Part shown: piece after piece, positions 46,812 to 56,749 of the stretch
Position numbering within the stretch: position 1 is the first letter of the stretch
Layout of the letters: each line of letters starts with the position of its first letter
Assembly: GCA_964472755.1 (NCBI GenBank)
Contig: CAYYMF010000005.1
Coordinates: 3,386-67,385, forward strand
Direction: 5' to 3'
DNA: 64,000 bases
From: an uncultured Chitinophagales bacterium
GTDB taxonomy: Bacteria; Bacteroidota; Bacteroidia; Chitinophagales; JADIYW01
Position numbers and translations under genes: made by a program
The notes under the pieces: generated by a model
Seen by the model: the letters and a program-made list of their open reading frames with translations, nothing else
What the model was told of the DNA's origin: nothing
Databases searched by the model: none

Positions 46812-47669
46812 ATGTCAATATTAAAATTAGCGATACAAAAAAAAGGGCGTTTAAGCGAAAAATCTATCGAATTGATAAACGAATGTGCTATTTCATTTCC
46901 AAATAGTACTGGAAAATTAGTGGCAAAATGTTATGATTTTCCTATGGAAATATTATTCTTGCGTGATGATGATATTCCAGATTATGTACAAGACGGTGTT
47001 GCAGATATTGGGATTGTTGGAGAGAATGTTGCCGTTGAATCTGATAAAAATGTCGATGATATATTAAAAATGGGCTTTGGAAAATGTCGCTTATCATTGG
47101 CAGTACCTCGAAGTTTTGAATACAACTCTATTCAAGATTTGCAAGGAAAATCTATCGCAACATCTTACCCAAAAATTCTAAAAAACTATTTAGATAAGCA
47201 CAATATTCAAGCTGAAATACATGTCATTTCTGGCTCAGTAGAAATTGCTCCAAGTATTGGTTTAGCAGATGCCATTTGTGATATTGTTTCTACAGGTTCA
47301 ACGTTATTGAGTAATGGGCTGAAAGAGGTAGAGCAAATATTTCATTCAGAAGCTATCATTATTGGCAATAAAAATTTATCGGAAGATAAAAAAGCAATTT
47401 TAGATGATTTCTTATTCCGATTAAATGCAGTAAGAAAAGCTAAAAAGAATAAATATATTTTATTAAATGCACCAAATGCAAGTTTAGATAAAATAATTCA
47501 AATTTTACCAGGCATTAAAAGTCCAACAGTTTTGCCTTTGGCTGAAAATGGTTGGAGTTCTATACATTCTGTAATAACAGAAAAAGATTTTTGGCAAATT
47601 ATCCAAAAACTGAAAGAAGCTGGAGCAGAAGGCATCTTAGTAATGCCTATCGAACAAATGATTGACTAA
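46812..47669 (+). CDS. hisG: ATP phosphoribosyltransferase (long form)
   Basis: 285 aa with the typical N-terminus LKLAIQKKGRL and a C-terminal regulatory domain. Confidence 0.9.
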   Translation: MSILKLAIQKKGRLSEKSIELINECAISFPNSTGKLVAKCYDFPMEILFLRDDDIPDYVQDGVADIGIVGENVAVESDKNVDDILKMGFGKCRLSLAVPRSFEYNSIQDLQGKSIATSYPKILKNYLDKHNIQAEIHVISGSVEIAPSIGLADAICDIVSTGSTLLSNGLKEVEQIFHSEAIIIGNKNLSEDKKAILDDFLFRLNAVRKAKKNKYILLNAPNASLDKIIQILPGIKSPTVLPLAENGWSSIHSVITEKDFWQIIQKLKEAGAEGILVMPIEQMID

Positions 47670-47679
47670 AACTGAGATT

Positions 47680-48975
47680 ATGCAAATTGTAAAATATCCT
47701 CAAAAAGGAAAAGAATATATTGAAATCACTAAAAGAGCCACTTCCGATACTGTGGAAATTACAGAACTTGTTAGAAATATCTTACAAGAAGTACAACACA
47801 ATGGAGATGTAGCATTGCAAAACTTTTCTGAAAAATTTGATAAAGTACAATTAAAGACTTTTCTAATTAGCCAAAATGAAATTAACGAAGCAATTGATTT
47901 AGTTTCTGAAGAATTAAAACAGGCCATTCAAACAGCTTATCATAATATTGAAAAATTCCACAAACATCAAATTCCAAATATTGATGTAGTAGAAACTACT
48001 TTAGGCGTAAATTGTTGGCGACAAAATAGTGCAATTTCTAATGTAGGTATTTATATTCCTGGAGGAACTGCACCTTTATTCTCAACAGTTTTAATGCTAG
48101 CAATTCCTGCAAGAATAGCAGGCTGTCAAAATGTCGTTCTTTGTTCGCCTCCAAATCAAGAAGGAAAAATCCACGAAGCAATTCTTTACACTGCTAATCT
48201 CTGTGGCGTTACACAAATTTATAAAATTGGAGGGGCTCAAGCTATTGCTGCTATGGCTTATGGTACGGAAAGTATTTCAAAAGTAGATAAAATATTTGGG
48301 CCTGGAAACCAATATGTAACCATCGCTAAACAATTAGTAAATGTTAATGGTGTTGCCATTGATATGCCTGCTGGCCCTAGTGAAGTATTGGTTATCGGAG
48401 ATAAAAAAGCAAATGCTGATTTTATCGCTGCCGATTTATTAGCACAATCAGAACACGGAATAGATAGCCAATCTATATTTGTTACTGATAATGAAAACAA
48501 ATTAAAAGAAGTAGAAATTGCCATTTTACAACAATTAGAGCAATTACCTAGAAAAGAAATAACTAAAAAAGCATTAGAAAATGCAAGGTTGGTATTATTT
48601 CAAAATTTAGATGAGTGTATGGATTTTTCTAATTTTTATGCACCTGAACATTTAATTATTCAAACTGAAAATGCTGATAATTTAGCTCAAAAAGTAATCA
48701 ATGCTGGTTCTGTTTTTATAGGAGCATATTCTCCTGAAAGTGCTGGTGATTATGCCAGTGGCACCAACCATACTTTGCCTACACATGGATTTGCTACAGC
48801 TTATAGTGGTGTAAGTTTAGATAGCTTTGTTAAAAAAATTACTTTTCAAAAACTAAGTAAAGAAGGATTGCAAAATATTGGAAAAACTGTAGAAATTATG
48901 GCAAAATATGAAGCATTAGATGCACACAAAAATTCAGTAAGCATCCGCCTAAATGCAATTACTAATAAAGATTAA
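47680..48975 (+). CDS. hisD: Histidinol dehydrogenase
   Basis: Motifs SEHGIDSQ and APEHL. The ORF-track start at 47662 is a TTG that overlaps hisG, so the ATG at 47680 is preferred. Confidence 0.9.
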   Translation: MQIVKYPQKGKEYIEITKRATSDTVEITELVRNILQEVQHNGDVALQNFSEKFDKVQLKTFLISQNEINEAIDLVSEELKQAIQTAYHNIEKFHKHQIPNIDVVETTLGVNCWRQNSAISNVGIYIPGGTAPLFSTVLMLAIPARIAGCQNVVLCSPPNQEGKIHEAILYTANLCGVTQIYKIGGAQAIAAMAYGTESISKVDKIFGPGNQYVTIAKQLVNVNGVAIDMPAGPSEVLVIGDKKANADFIAADLLAQSEHGIDSQSIFVTDNENKLKEVEIAILQQLEQLPRKEITKKALENARLVLFQNLDECMDFSNFYAPEHLIIQTENADNLAQKVINAGSVFIGAYSPESAGDYASGTNHTLPTHGFATAYSGVSLDSFVKKITFQKLSKEGLQNIGKTVEIMAKYEALDAHKNSVSIRLNAITNKD

Positions 48976-48983
48976 AAACAATA

Positions 48984-50048
48984 ATGAAAAAAATAAACAC
49001 AGACAATATTGTCAATACGCACGTAAAAAAGATGAGTGCGTATTCCTCTGCACGAGCAGAATACAAAGGCAAGAGTGCTATTTTTTTAGATGCTAATGAA
49101 AATAGCATAGGCTCTGTAACTCAAACCATTCACAACAGATATCCTGATCCATTACAAATAAAAGTAAAAGAAGAATTAGCAAAAATTGAATTAATATCTA
49201 TTGAACAAATATTTTTAGGTAATGGAAGTGATGAATGTATTGATGTTTTAATTCGTTGTTTTTGTGAATCTGGCAATGATAGCATAATGACATTTCCCCC
49301 TGTATTTTCGATGTATGAACATGCCGCACATATTCAGAACATTGGGGTTGAAGAAATTCTATTACTTCCAGAAACTTTCCAATTAGATATGGAAAACATT
49401 CTATTAAAAATAGAATCAGAAAAAAATCTAAAAATTATATTTATTTGTTCTCCAAATAATCCTACTGGAAATTTAATTAATAAAGAAGACATCGAAACTA
49501 TTTTGAATAAATTTGATGGTTTGGTAGTTGTTGATGAAGCATATCAAGATTTCTCTGGCAATACATCTTGGGTAAGTAAAATCAATGAGTTTGAGAATTT
49601 AGTTGTCATTAAAACTTTCTCTAAAGTTTGGGGAATGGCAGATGCACGAATTGGAATGTTGTTTTCAAATAAATCTATTATTGATTATATGAACATTATT
49701 AAAATGCCTTATAATGTAAACCAGAATTCACAAAACTTAGCTCTTGAAGCCTTACAAAATATAGCACAAAAAAATAATTTTGTTGTAAAATTAAATGAAG
49801 GCAAAGAATATTTATTAGAGGAACTAAACCAAATCTCTTATATCCAAAAAGTATATCCATCTGATGCTAATTTTTTAGTTATAAAAACTGCTGATGCCAA
49901 TCATTTATACAATTATCTAACAAACAATCATATTATTGTAAGGAATCGAGATAAAGCTCCATTAATGAAAGGCTGTTTGCGTATAAGTATTGGAACAAAA
50001 GCAGAAAACGAGCAACTTATAAATATACTAAAAAAATATACTAATTAG
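48984..50048 (+). CDS. hisC: Histidinol-phosphate aminotransferase
   Basis: 354 aa. It is a class II aminotransferase with the PLP-Lys context KTFSKVWGMA, in his-operon context. Confidence 0.85.
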   Translation: MKKINTDNIVNTHVKKMSAYSSARAEYKGKSAIFLDANENSIGSVTQTIHNRYPDPLQIKVKEELAKIELISIEQIFLGNGSDECIDVLIRCFCESGNDSIMTFPPVFSMYEHAAHIQNIGVEEILLLPETFQLDMENILLKIESEKNLKIIFICSPNNPTGNLINKEDIETILNKFDGLVVVDEAYQDFSGNTSWVSKINEFENLVVIKTFSKVWGMADARIGMLFSNKSIIDYMNIIKMPYNVNQNSQNLALEALQNIAQKNNFVVKLNEGKEYLLEELNQISYIQKVYPSDANFLVIKTADANHLYNYLTNNHIIVRNRDKAPLMKGCLRISIGTKAENEQLINILKKYTN

Positions 50049-50066
50049 TTGAATGCTAAAAAAAAT

Positions 50067-50104
50067 AAAAGTATCAAACTTTATAAAGTTTGATACTTTT
50101 ATTA
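50067..50104 (+). terminator. Intrinsic terminator after hisC
   Basis: Hairpin gtatcaaact-N6-agtttgatac followed by TTTT. Confidence 0.7.
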
Positions 50105-50142
50105 TATTTGAGCATTAAAAATTTTAAATAAAACAATAAACA

Positions 50143-51405
50143 ATGCCATATTTATTCACATCAGAATCTGTTTCAGAAGGACATCCAGATAAAGTAGCAG
50201 ATCAAATTTCAGATGCGCTTATTGATAACTTCTTAGCTTATGACCCATCTTCAAAAGTTGCTTGCGAAACATTAGTTACAACTGGTCAAGTCGTATTAGC
50301 TGGAGAAGTAAAATCCAAAGCCTATTTAGATGTACAAGAAATTGCAAGAGAAGTAATCAGAAATATTGGATATACAAAATCTGAGTATATGTTTGAGGCC
50401 AATTCTTGTGGTATTCTTTCTGCAATACATGAGCAATCTGCGGATATTAATCAAGGTGTAGAAAGAAAAAATCCAGAAGAACAAGGAGCAGGCGACCAAG
50501 GCATGATGTTTGGTTATGCTACTAAAGAAACCGATACTTATATGCCTTTACCTTTAGAACTTTCTCACTTATTATTAAGAGAACTTTCTGCCATTAGAAG
50601 AGAAGGCAAAGTAATGAAATATTTACGTCCCGATGCAAAATCTCAAGTTACCATAGAATATGATGACAATAATCAACCAATAAGAATTGACGCCATTGTT
50701 ATCTCTACACAACATGATGATTTTGGTAAAGAAGCAGCAATGTTGAAACAAATCAAACAAGATGTTATAGATATCTTAGTTCCAAGAGTAATGAAAAAAT
50801 TACCTAAACGTATTCAAGCATTATTCAATAATAAAATAAAATACCATATCAACCCAACTGGAAAATTTGTAATTGGTGGACCACATGGCGATACTGGATT
50901 AACGGGAAGAAAAATCATTGTAGATACTTATGGAGGCAAAGGAGCTCACGGTGGTGGTGCATTTTCAGGCAAAGATCCAAGCAAAGTTGATAGAAGTGCG
51001 GCTTATGCAACAAGACATATTGCTAAACATTTAGTAGCTGCTGGGATTTGCGATGAAGCTTTAGTTCAAGTTGCTTATGCTATTGGTGTGGCTAAACCAG
51101 TCGGCTTATATGTAAATACTTATGGCACTTCAAAAGTAAAGAAAACAGATGGTGAAATTGCTCAAATTATAGGAAGCTTACCTGAATTTGATATGCGTCC
51201 TTATTTTATCGAAAAACGATTTAATTTAAGAACACCTATTTATAGTGAAACTGCTGCTTATGGACACATGGGTAGAGAATCAAAAGTGGTGGAAAAGACT
51301 TTCAATAAAGGAAAAGATAATCAATTAAAAATAAAAGTAAAATTATTCCCTTGGGAAGAATTAAATGCTTTGGCTACTGTAAAAAAGGCATTTGGTATTA
51401 AATAA
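50143..51405 (+). CDS. metK: S-adenosylmethionine synthase
   Basis: 420 aa with [19 protein letters not shown] and GGGAFSGKD. Confidence 0.95.
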   Translation: MPYLFTSESVSEGHPDKVADQISDALIDNFLAYDPSSKVACETLVTTGQVVLAGEVKSKAYLDVQEIAREVIRNIGYTKSEYMFEANSCGILSAIHEQSADINQGVERKNPEEQGAGDQGMMFGYATKETDTYMPLPLELSHLLLRELSAIRREGKVMKYLRPDAKSQVTIEYDDNNQPIRIDAIVISTQHDDFGKEAAMLKQIKQDVIDILVPRVMKKLPKRIQALFNNKIKYHINPTGKFVIGGPHGDTGLTGRKIIVDTYGGKGAHGGGAFSGKDPSKVDRSAAYATRHIAKHLVAAGICDEALVQVAYAIGVAKPVGLYVNTYGTSKVKKTDGEIAQIIGSLPEFDMRPYFIEKRFNLRTPIYSETAAYGHMGRESKVVEKTFNKGKDNQLKIKVKLFPWEELNALATVKKAFGIK

Positions 51406-51415
51406 AAATTATCCA

Positions 51416-51446
51416 TTTGATTTATCAGAATAAATACGTATATTTG
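51416..51446 (+). promoter_or_regulatory. Candidate promoter (TTG-N20-TATATTTG) for rpsU
   Basis: TTG at 51416-51418 and TATATTTG at 51439-51446. Confidence 0.45.
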
Positions 51447-51475
51447 CAACTCAAAAATAAAAAAAATACTAACTT

Positions 51476-51667
51476 ATGTTAATAGTTGATGCAAGAGAGC
51501 AAGACTCAATAGACAAGGCACTAAAAGTTTACAAGAAAAAACACGACAAAGCAGGTGTTGTAAAAGAACTTAGAAGAAGACAAGCATTTACATTATCTTC
51601 TGTAAACAGACGTATCCAAAAACAAAAAGCTGCTTATATCGAGCAATTAAGAAAAAACGAAGAATAA
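51476..51667 (+). CDS. rpsU: 30S ribosomal protein S21
   Basis: 63 aa and basic, with the pattern IDKALKVYKKK...ELRRRQAF... typical of bS21. Confidence 0.9.
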   Translation: MLIVDAREQDSIDKALKVYKKKHDKAGVVKELRRRQAFTLSSVNRRIQKQKAAYIEQLRKNEE

Positions 51668-51725
51668 TATTTGCATCTTTCGTTTTTTTATATTACCTTA
51701 ATGTTCTAAATGACATTGAGGAAGT

Positions 51726-52637
51726 ATGGTAAACGAATTTCTGAATTATTTAAAATTTGAGAAACGTTATTCTGACAAAACAATCTTATCCTATAAGATT
51801 GATATTCAGCAGTTCGTTTCTTTTTTATTTAATGAATTTCCTGAGACCGATTTAGAAAAAGCTACTTATAATCAGATAAGAAGCTGGGTAGTACAACTTT
51901 CGCTACAAGAGACCCAAGCTAGTAGTTTAAAAAGAAAAGTTTCCGCATTAAAAAGTTTCTTTAAGTTTATCATCAAAAAAGGTATTATTGAAACCAATCC
52001 TGCGGATAAAATTACAACTCCAAAACTAAAAGAGCGACTTCCAAAATATTTTGAGCAAAAAAATATCAATAACCTGCTCAATGAACCCAATCTATTTGAC
52101 GAAAATGATGCTAGTCCTACATTTAAAGACACACCAGAAGGCAAACAAGAACGTTTAATTATTGAGATGCTCTACCAAACTGGAATGAGACGACAAGAAC
52201 TCATTGATTTAAAATGGGGAGCCATTGATTTCAGTCAAAAGCAACTAAAAATAACTGGAAAAGGTAATAAACAAAGATTAATGCCTTGTTCAGAAAAACT
52301 TCTCCAACTATTAATAGAACACAAAGAAATACAAAGTCGGCTTTTTGAAATTGAAAAAGATAAAAACTATATCTTTTTAACAAATAACGGACAACAATTG
52401 TATCCAAACTACGTTTATAGGTTAATAAGAGAAAAGTTTAAAAACGTGGTTGCAGAAAAGAAAAGCCCTCATGTATTAAGACATTCATTTGCTACGCACA
52501 TTAGCAACAACGGAGCCAAATTATCAGACATTAAAGAACTAATGGGGCATGCAAGTCTTGCTTCCACACAAGTATATACACACAATACGATTGAGCAATT
52601 AAAAGAAGTTTATAAAAAAGCTCATCCGAAAGCATAA
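51726..52637 (+). CDS. Tyrosine site-specific recombinase (XerC/XerD-like)
   Basis: 303 aa with an N-terminal SAM-like domain and the catalytic R...HxLRH...Y pattern (HVLRHSFATH, STQVYTH). Confidence 0.8.
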   Translation: MVNEFLNYLKFEKRYSDKTILSYKIDIQQFVSFLFNEFPETDLEKATYNQIRSWVVQLSLQETQASSLKRKVSALKSFFKFIIKKGIIETNPADKITTPKLKERLPKYFEQKNINNLLNEPNLFDENDASPTFKDTPEGKQERLIIEMLYQTGMRRQELIDLKWGAIDFSQKQLKITGKGNKQRLMPCSEKLLQLLIEHKEIQSRLFEIEKDKNYIFLTNNGQQLYPNYVYRLIREKFKNVVAEKKSPHVLRHSFATHISNNGAKLSDIKELMGHASLASTQVYTHNTIEQLKEVYKKAHPKA

Positions 52638-52663
52638 TTTTTTTCACCACTAAATAAAGTACG

Positions 52664-52963
52664 ATGAAAGTAGAAATTCAATCTTTACATTTTAATGCCG
52701 ACGCAAGTCTTGTAGAATTCATCAACAAGAAAATGGAAAAACTAGACCGTTTTTATGACAAAATCATTGGGTCTGATGTCGTTTTGAGTTTAGAGCAACT
52801 CAATACTCAAGTTAAAGACAAAGTGGTCATTATCAAAACCCAAATTCCTGGGCAAATTTTGATAGCAAAAGAAACAAGTAAAAAATTTGAAGAAGCTGTG
52901 GACTTAGCCGTTGAATCGATAAAGAAACAGATGGAAAAATTCAAAGCCAAACAAGCAAGCTAA
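52664..52963 (+). CDS. hpf: Ribosome hibernation promoting factor (HPF/RaiA, short form)
   Basis: 99 aa with the sigma-54-modulation-protein fold pattern (LVEFINKKMEKLDRFYD). Confidence 0.8.
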   Translation: MKVEIQSLHFNADASLVEFINKKMEKLDRFYDKIIGSDVVLSLEQLNTQVKDKVVIIKTQIPGQILIAKETSKKFEEAVDLAVESIKKQMEKFKAKQAS

Positions 52964-52975
52964 CTAACACAAAAA

Positions 52976-53006
52976 AGAGGCTGTCTAAAAAGGCAGCCTT
53001 TTTTAT
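52976..53006. terminator. Bidirectional terminator between hpf and hisS
   Basis: Hairpin aggctg-N10-cagcct with an A-run on the 5' side and a T-run on the 3' side. Confidence 0.7.
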
Positions 53007-54301
53007 ACTAATTTTTCCAACAACTCATTAAAATCAATCAAATTTTGCTGACCTGTTTTCATTTCTTTTAATGTAATTTTGTTTTGAGCAATTTCCTCAC
53101 TTCCTAAAATAGCCATAAATGGTATTTGTTTTTTATCACAGTATGAAAATTGTTTTTTCATTTTTGTTGCTTCAGGATAAAACTCTGTATTTATACCATT
53201 GGCTCTTAATTTTTTTACTAATTTCAAAGATGCTGATAAAGTATCTGCACCAAAATTTCCAACCAAAACCTGTGTAGATGTTTTCACTTCAGTTAATAGA
53301 TTTAATTGTTGCATAGCAGTAAAAATTCTATCTAAACCTAAAGATGTTCCAACAGAAGGTAAATCTTTCCCCCCGAATGAAGCAATTAATCCATTGTACC
53401 TTCCACCACCATTTAATGAACCAATATGCGGATGCTTAGGTAATTTTGTTTCAAAAATTGGACCTGTGTAATAATCCAATCCTCTTGCTAAAGAAATATC
53501 GAATGTATAATATTGTTCTGGGATTCCTAAAATTTGCAAGGAATAAAAAATCTCTTCGATTTCAGCAATGCCTTCTTGAGCGATTTCAATTTCTGCTAAT
53601 GCTGATTTTAACTGAGCTAAATTTAATTTTTGAGTCAATAAATCATGTAATTTATCAATACTTGTGGTATGAATATTTTTATCCTTTAATTCTTTGGCAA
53701 CCTCCTTCCACTCCACTTTATCTAATTTATCAATACTTACACAAACATCACCGACAAAATTATTATCCAATCCAATATATTGTGTAATACCATTTAATAT
53801 TTTCCTATTATTGATTTTTATTAAAAAATCAGGAATAGATAAGCTGCTTAAAACTTCGTAGGTAATTGCAACTAATTCAGCTTCTATCAGCATAGAAGTT
53901 GAGCCTACACAATCAACATCACATTGATAAAATTCTCTAAATCTTCCTTGATGTGGCTGTGGTCTATCTGCTCGCCAAACGGGTTGCATTTGGTATCTTT
54001 TAAAAGGCATTGCCAAATCATTATTCATTGCCACCATTCTAGAAAACGGCACTGTTAAATCATAATGCAAAGCAGCTTCATCTTTTGTGCCTGTTTTATA
54101 ATTCAATTTATAAATTAAACGGTCAGCCTCCTCTCCATATTTACCTGTTAGTACATCTAAATATTCAATAGCTGGTGTTTCCACTGGTGCATAGCCATAT
54201 TTTTTAAATACAGTACGCATCGTATCTAAAATACGTTCCCGATGTAACATTTGCTCTGGCAAAAAATCTCTCGCTCCTTTGAATGTTCTTGGTTGTATCA
54301 T
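53003..54301 (-). CDS. hisS: Histidine--tRNA ligase
   Basis: 432 aa with a class II HisRS pattern (KGARDFLP, RYQMQPVWRADRPQ, GGGRYNGL). Confidence 0.9.
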   Translation of the reverse strand: MIQPRTFKGARDFLPEQMLHRERILDTMRTVFKKYGYAPVETPAIEYLDVLTGKYGEEADRLIYKLNYKTGTKDEAALHYDLTVPFSRMVAMNNDLAMPFKRYQMQPVWRADRPQPHQGRFREFYQCDVDCVGSTSMLIEAELVAITYEVLSSLSIPDFLIKINNRKILNGITQYIGLDNNFVGDVCVSIDKLDKVEWKEVAKELKDKNIHTTSIDKLHDLLTQKLNLAQLKSALAEIEIAQEGIAEIEEIFYSLQILGIPEQYYTFDISLARGLDYYTGPIFETKLPKHPHIGSLNGGGRYNGLIASFGGKDLPSVGTSLGLDRIFTAMQQLNLLTEVKTSTQVLVGNFGADTLSASLKLVKKLRANGINTEFYPEATKMKKQFSYCDKKQIPFMAILGSEEIAQNKITLKEMKTGQQNLIDFNELLEKLV

Positions 54302-54323
54302 AATAACTGTAGAATTATTTTAG

Positions 54324-54331
54324 CAAAAATA
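54324..54331 (-). promoter_or_regulatory. Candidate -7 box TATTTTTG for hisS
   Basis: The reverse complement of caaaaata. It lies 22 nt upstream of the ATG at 54301. Confidence 0.4.
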
Positions 54332-54418
54332 TTAAAATAAAACTGCATAACAGTCTATTATCTACTATTTAATGTTTTTGTAGTATTTATTATAAAATGA
54401 ATAAACAAGTTGTAACAA

Positions 54419-56539
54419 CTATCTTACTTCCATTCCAGCATTAACATTTGCTTGAGCAAAATGCAATTTTCCATCAGCATCTTCTGCCATTAAAATCATA
54501 CCATTACTTTCGATTCCTCGTAATTTTCTTGGAGCTAAATTGACTAACACTAAAACTTGCTGACCAACAATAGCTTCTGGTTTAAAATGCTCTGCAATTC
54601 CAGATACAATTGTACGTTGCTCAATTCCAATATCAACTAGAAGCTTTAATAATTTATCAGCTTTTGGCACTTTCTCTGCTTCTAAAATTCTGCCTGTTCT
54701 AATGTCCATTTTAGCAAAATCATCGTATTGTATTTCTGATTTAAGCGGTAAAAAACAAGAAGGCTCAACCCCTGAATTGTCAAGCTGATTGTTTTTAGAT
54801 TGTTGTAATTTATCTACTTGAAAAGCAATTTGTTCATCAGTAATTTTTTCAAATAATAGAACTGTAGAGTTAATATGCTCGGCCTTTGGTTGATAATTAA
54901 ATGGGTCATTGTTCCTTACATCAGCATTCAACATCGTAAATATTTTATCTGCTGATTTTGGCAAAAGCGGCTTCGAAAAGATACCTAAAGCATATACCCA
55001 GTCCAACGCAATCGATAGAATACTTCTTGTTTTATTAGGATCTTCTTTTACTAACTTCCAAGGTTCAGTATCTGCCAAAAACTTATTTCCTGCACGTGCA
55101 AAAGCCATTAATTCAGATAAAGCATCTTTAAACTTAAACTGCTCTATAGAATTTGCAATATTTTGTTCTGTTTCAGAAATAATTTTACTTAAAACAGAAT
55201 CATTTTCTCGCATAGTTTGTCTAAATGATTCTCCTAGTGTACCTAAATAATATTTGTGGATAAGCGTAACTACACGATTGACAAAATTTCCATAGGTTGC
55301 CACTAGCTCATTATTCACTCTATCCTGATACTCTTTCCAAGTAAACTCAGAATCTTTATTTTCGGGCATATTTGCAATCAAACAGTAGCGTAATTCATCT
55401 TCTTTCCCGGGAAACTCCTCTAAATATTCGTGTAGCCAAACTGCCCAATTTCTTGAAGTTGAAATTTTATCACCTTCTAAATTCATAAATTCATTAGCAG
55501 GCACATTACTTGTCAGAATATATTGATCTGTGATTTTTAAAATAGCTGGAAAAGTGATACAATGAAATACGATATTATCTTTCCCAATAAAATTGATGAG
55601 TGTAGTATCTTCATTCTGCCAATATTTACGCCAATCCTCCACATTTTTATTTTGCAAATGCTTGCTAAAATTTTGAGGATAAGCAAACTCAAATTTATTG
55701 TTTTCAATTTCTTTAAACAATTGCTTAGTTGCAGAAATATAGCCAATTGGTGCATCTAACCAAACATATAAAACTTTACCTTCTGAGCCTTCGATATTAG
55801 CCGGAACAGGAATTCCCCAATCTAAATCTCTAGTCATCGCTCTAGGACGAAGACCATCATTTAGCCAACTTTTACATTGACCAATAACATGTGCTTTCCA
55901 ATTATTTTTTTCTGCAGTTGACTCCAACCATTCTTTAATAGCATCTTGCTGCTGATCTAATTTCAAAAACCAATGTTTTGTTTTTTTGAGAATTGGTGTT
56001 GAATTTGTTAAGGTTGATTTGGGATGAATTAAATCTGTTGGATTTAAAGAAGTACCACATTTTTCACACTGATCGCCATAGGCATTTTCATTTGCACATT
56101 TTGGGCATGTTCCTATAATGTATCTATCTGCCAAAAACTGATTTGCTTCAGCATCATAATATTGTTCATTTTCAATGATGTCAAATGCATTTTTATCATT
56201 CAAAATATTAAAAATCTCTTGAGACGTTTCGTAATGAATTGGCTCTGAAGTCCTATGATAAATATCAAATGCGATTCCAAATTGCTCAAAACTTTTTCTA
56301 ATAACTTGATTGTATTTATCGACAATATTTCTTGGTGTTGTATGCTCTTTTTTTGCTTTGATAGTAATTGCGGCACCATGTTCATCACTACCACATACAA
56401 AAATAACATCCTCTCCTTTTAATCTAAGATGACGTGCATAAATATCTGCAGCAATATAAGCCCCAGCTAAATGTCCGATATGTAAAGGACCATTTGCATA
56501 AGGCAAAGCCGCTGTAATTGTGTATCTTTTTTTACTCAT
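54419..56539 (-). CDS. metG: Methionine--tRNA ligase with a C-terminal tRNA-binding domain
   Basis: 706 aa with HIGH (PLHIGHLAG), KMSKS-like KISTS, a Zn knuckle (CPKC...CEKC) and a C-terminal Trbp111/EMAP-like domain. Confidence 0.95.
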   Translation of the reverse strand: MSKKRYTITAALPYANGPLHIGHLAGAYIAADIYARHLRLKGEDVIFVCGSDEHGAAITIKAKKEHTTPRNIVDKYNQVIRKSFEQFGIAFDIYHRTSEPIHYETSQEIFNILNDKNAFDIIENEQYYDAEANQFLADRYIIGTCPKCANENAYGDQCEKCGTSLNPTDLIHPKSTLTNSTPILKKTKHWFLKLDQQQDAIKEWLESTAEKNNWKAHVIGQCKSWLNDGLRPRAMTRDLDWGIPVPANIEGSEGKVLYVWLDAPIGYISATKQLFKEIENNKFEFAYPQNFSKHLQNKNVEDWRKYWQNEDTTLINFIGKDNIVFHCITFPAILKITDQYILTSNVPANEFMNLEGDKISTSRNWAVWLHEYLEEFPGKEDELRYCLIANMPENKDSEFTWKEYQDRVNNELVATYGNFVNRVVTLIHKYYLGTLGESFRQTMRENDSVLSKIISETEQNIANSIEQFKFKDALSELMAFARAGNKFLADTEPWKLVKEDPNKTRSILSIALDWVYALGIFSKPLLPKSADKIFTMLNADVRNNDPFNYQPKAEHINSTVLLFEKITDEQIAFQVDKLQQSKNNQLDNSGVEPSCFLPLKSEIQYDDFAKMDIRTGRILEAEKVPKADKLLKLLVDIGIEQRTIVSGIAEHFKPEAIVGQQVLVLVNLAPRKLRGIESNGMILMAEDADGKLHFAQANVNAGMEVR

Positions 56540-56546
56540 TAGAAAG

Positions 56547-56554
56547 CAAAGATA
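56547..56554 (-). promoter_or_regulatory. Candidate -7 box TATCTTTG for metG
   Basis: The reverse complement of caaagata, with only 7 nt between the box and the ATG at 56539. Confidence 0.45.
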
Positions 56555-56665
56555 CTTAGAAAAAAATTCTGAAAAAAGTATCCAATATTGATTTTTCTTT
56601 CAAAATAAATAACCGTCATAATATTATATAACATTACTATAAGTATAGAAAGTATCAATTTAATA

Positions 56666-56710
56666 TTATGCTTGAAAATCAAAAATAGAATTTTTGATTT
56701 TCAAGCATAA
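56666..56710. repeat. Perfect palindrome, copy 1 (19-21 bp arms, 3-nt loop)
   Basis: The sequence is (tt)atgcttgaaaatcaaaaat-aga-atttttgattttcaagcat(aa). It lies in the divergent metG/ATPase intergenic region. Confidence 0.9.
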
Positions 56711-56749
56711 ATGTTTTAATAATCCAAAAATAATATGTACTTTTGAATT

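Noticed and set aside
50049-50142. A possible SAM riboswitch upstream of metK, and likewise upstream of the two Cys/Met PLP-enzyme genes at 587-727 and 40469-40614
   Set aside because: The intervals are short and very AT-rich. The one before metK is largely taken up by the hisC terminator. I could not find the conserved GC-rich helices or core motifs of the SAM-I, SAM-II or SAM-V classes. A covariance-model scan would be definitive.
51726-52637. A tyrosine recombinase as a marker of an integrated mobile element
   Set aside because: It sits between rpsU and hpf, an arrangement I recall as typical of Bacteroidetes chromosomes. There are no flanking direct repeats, tRNA target or cargo genes. 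It is most likely a chromosomal Xer-type recombinase.
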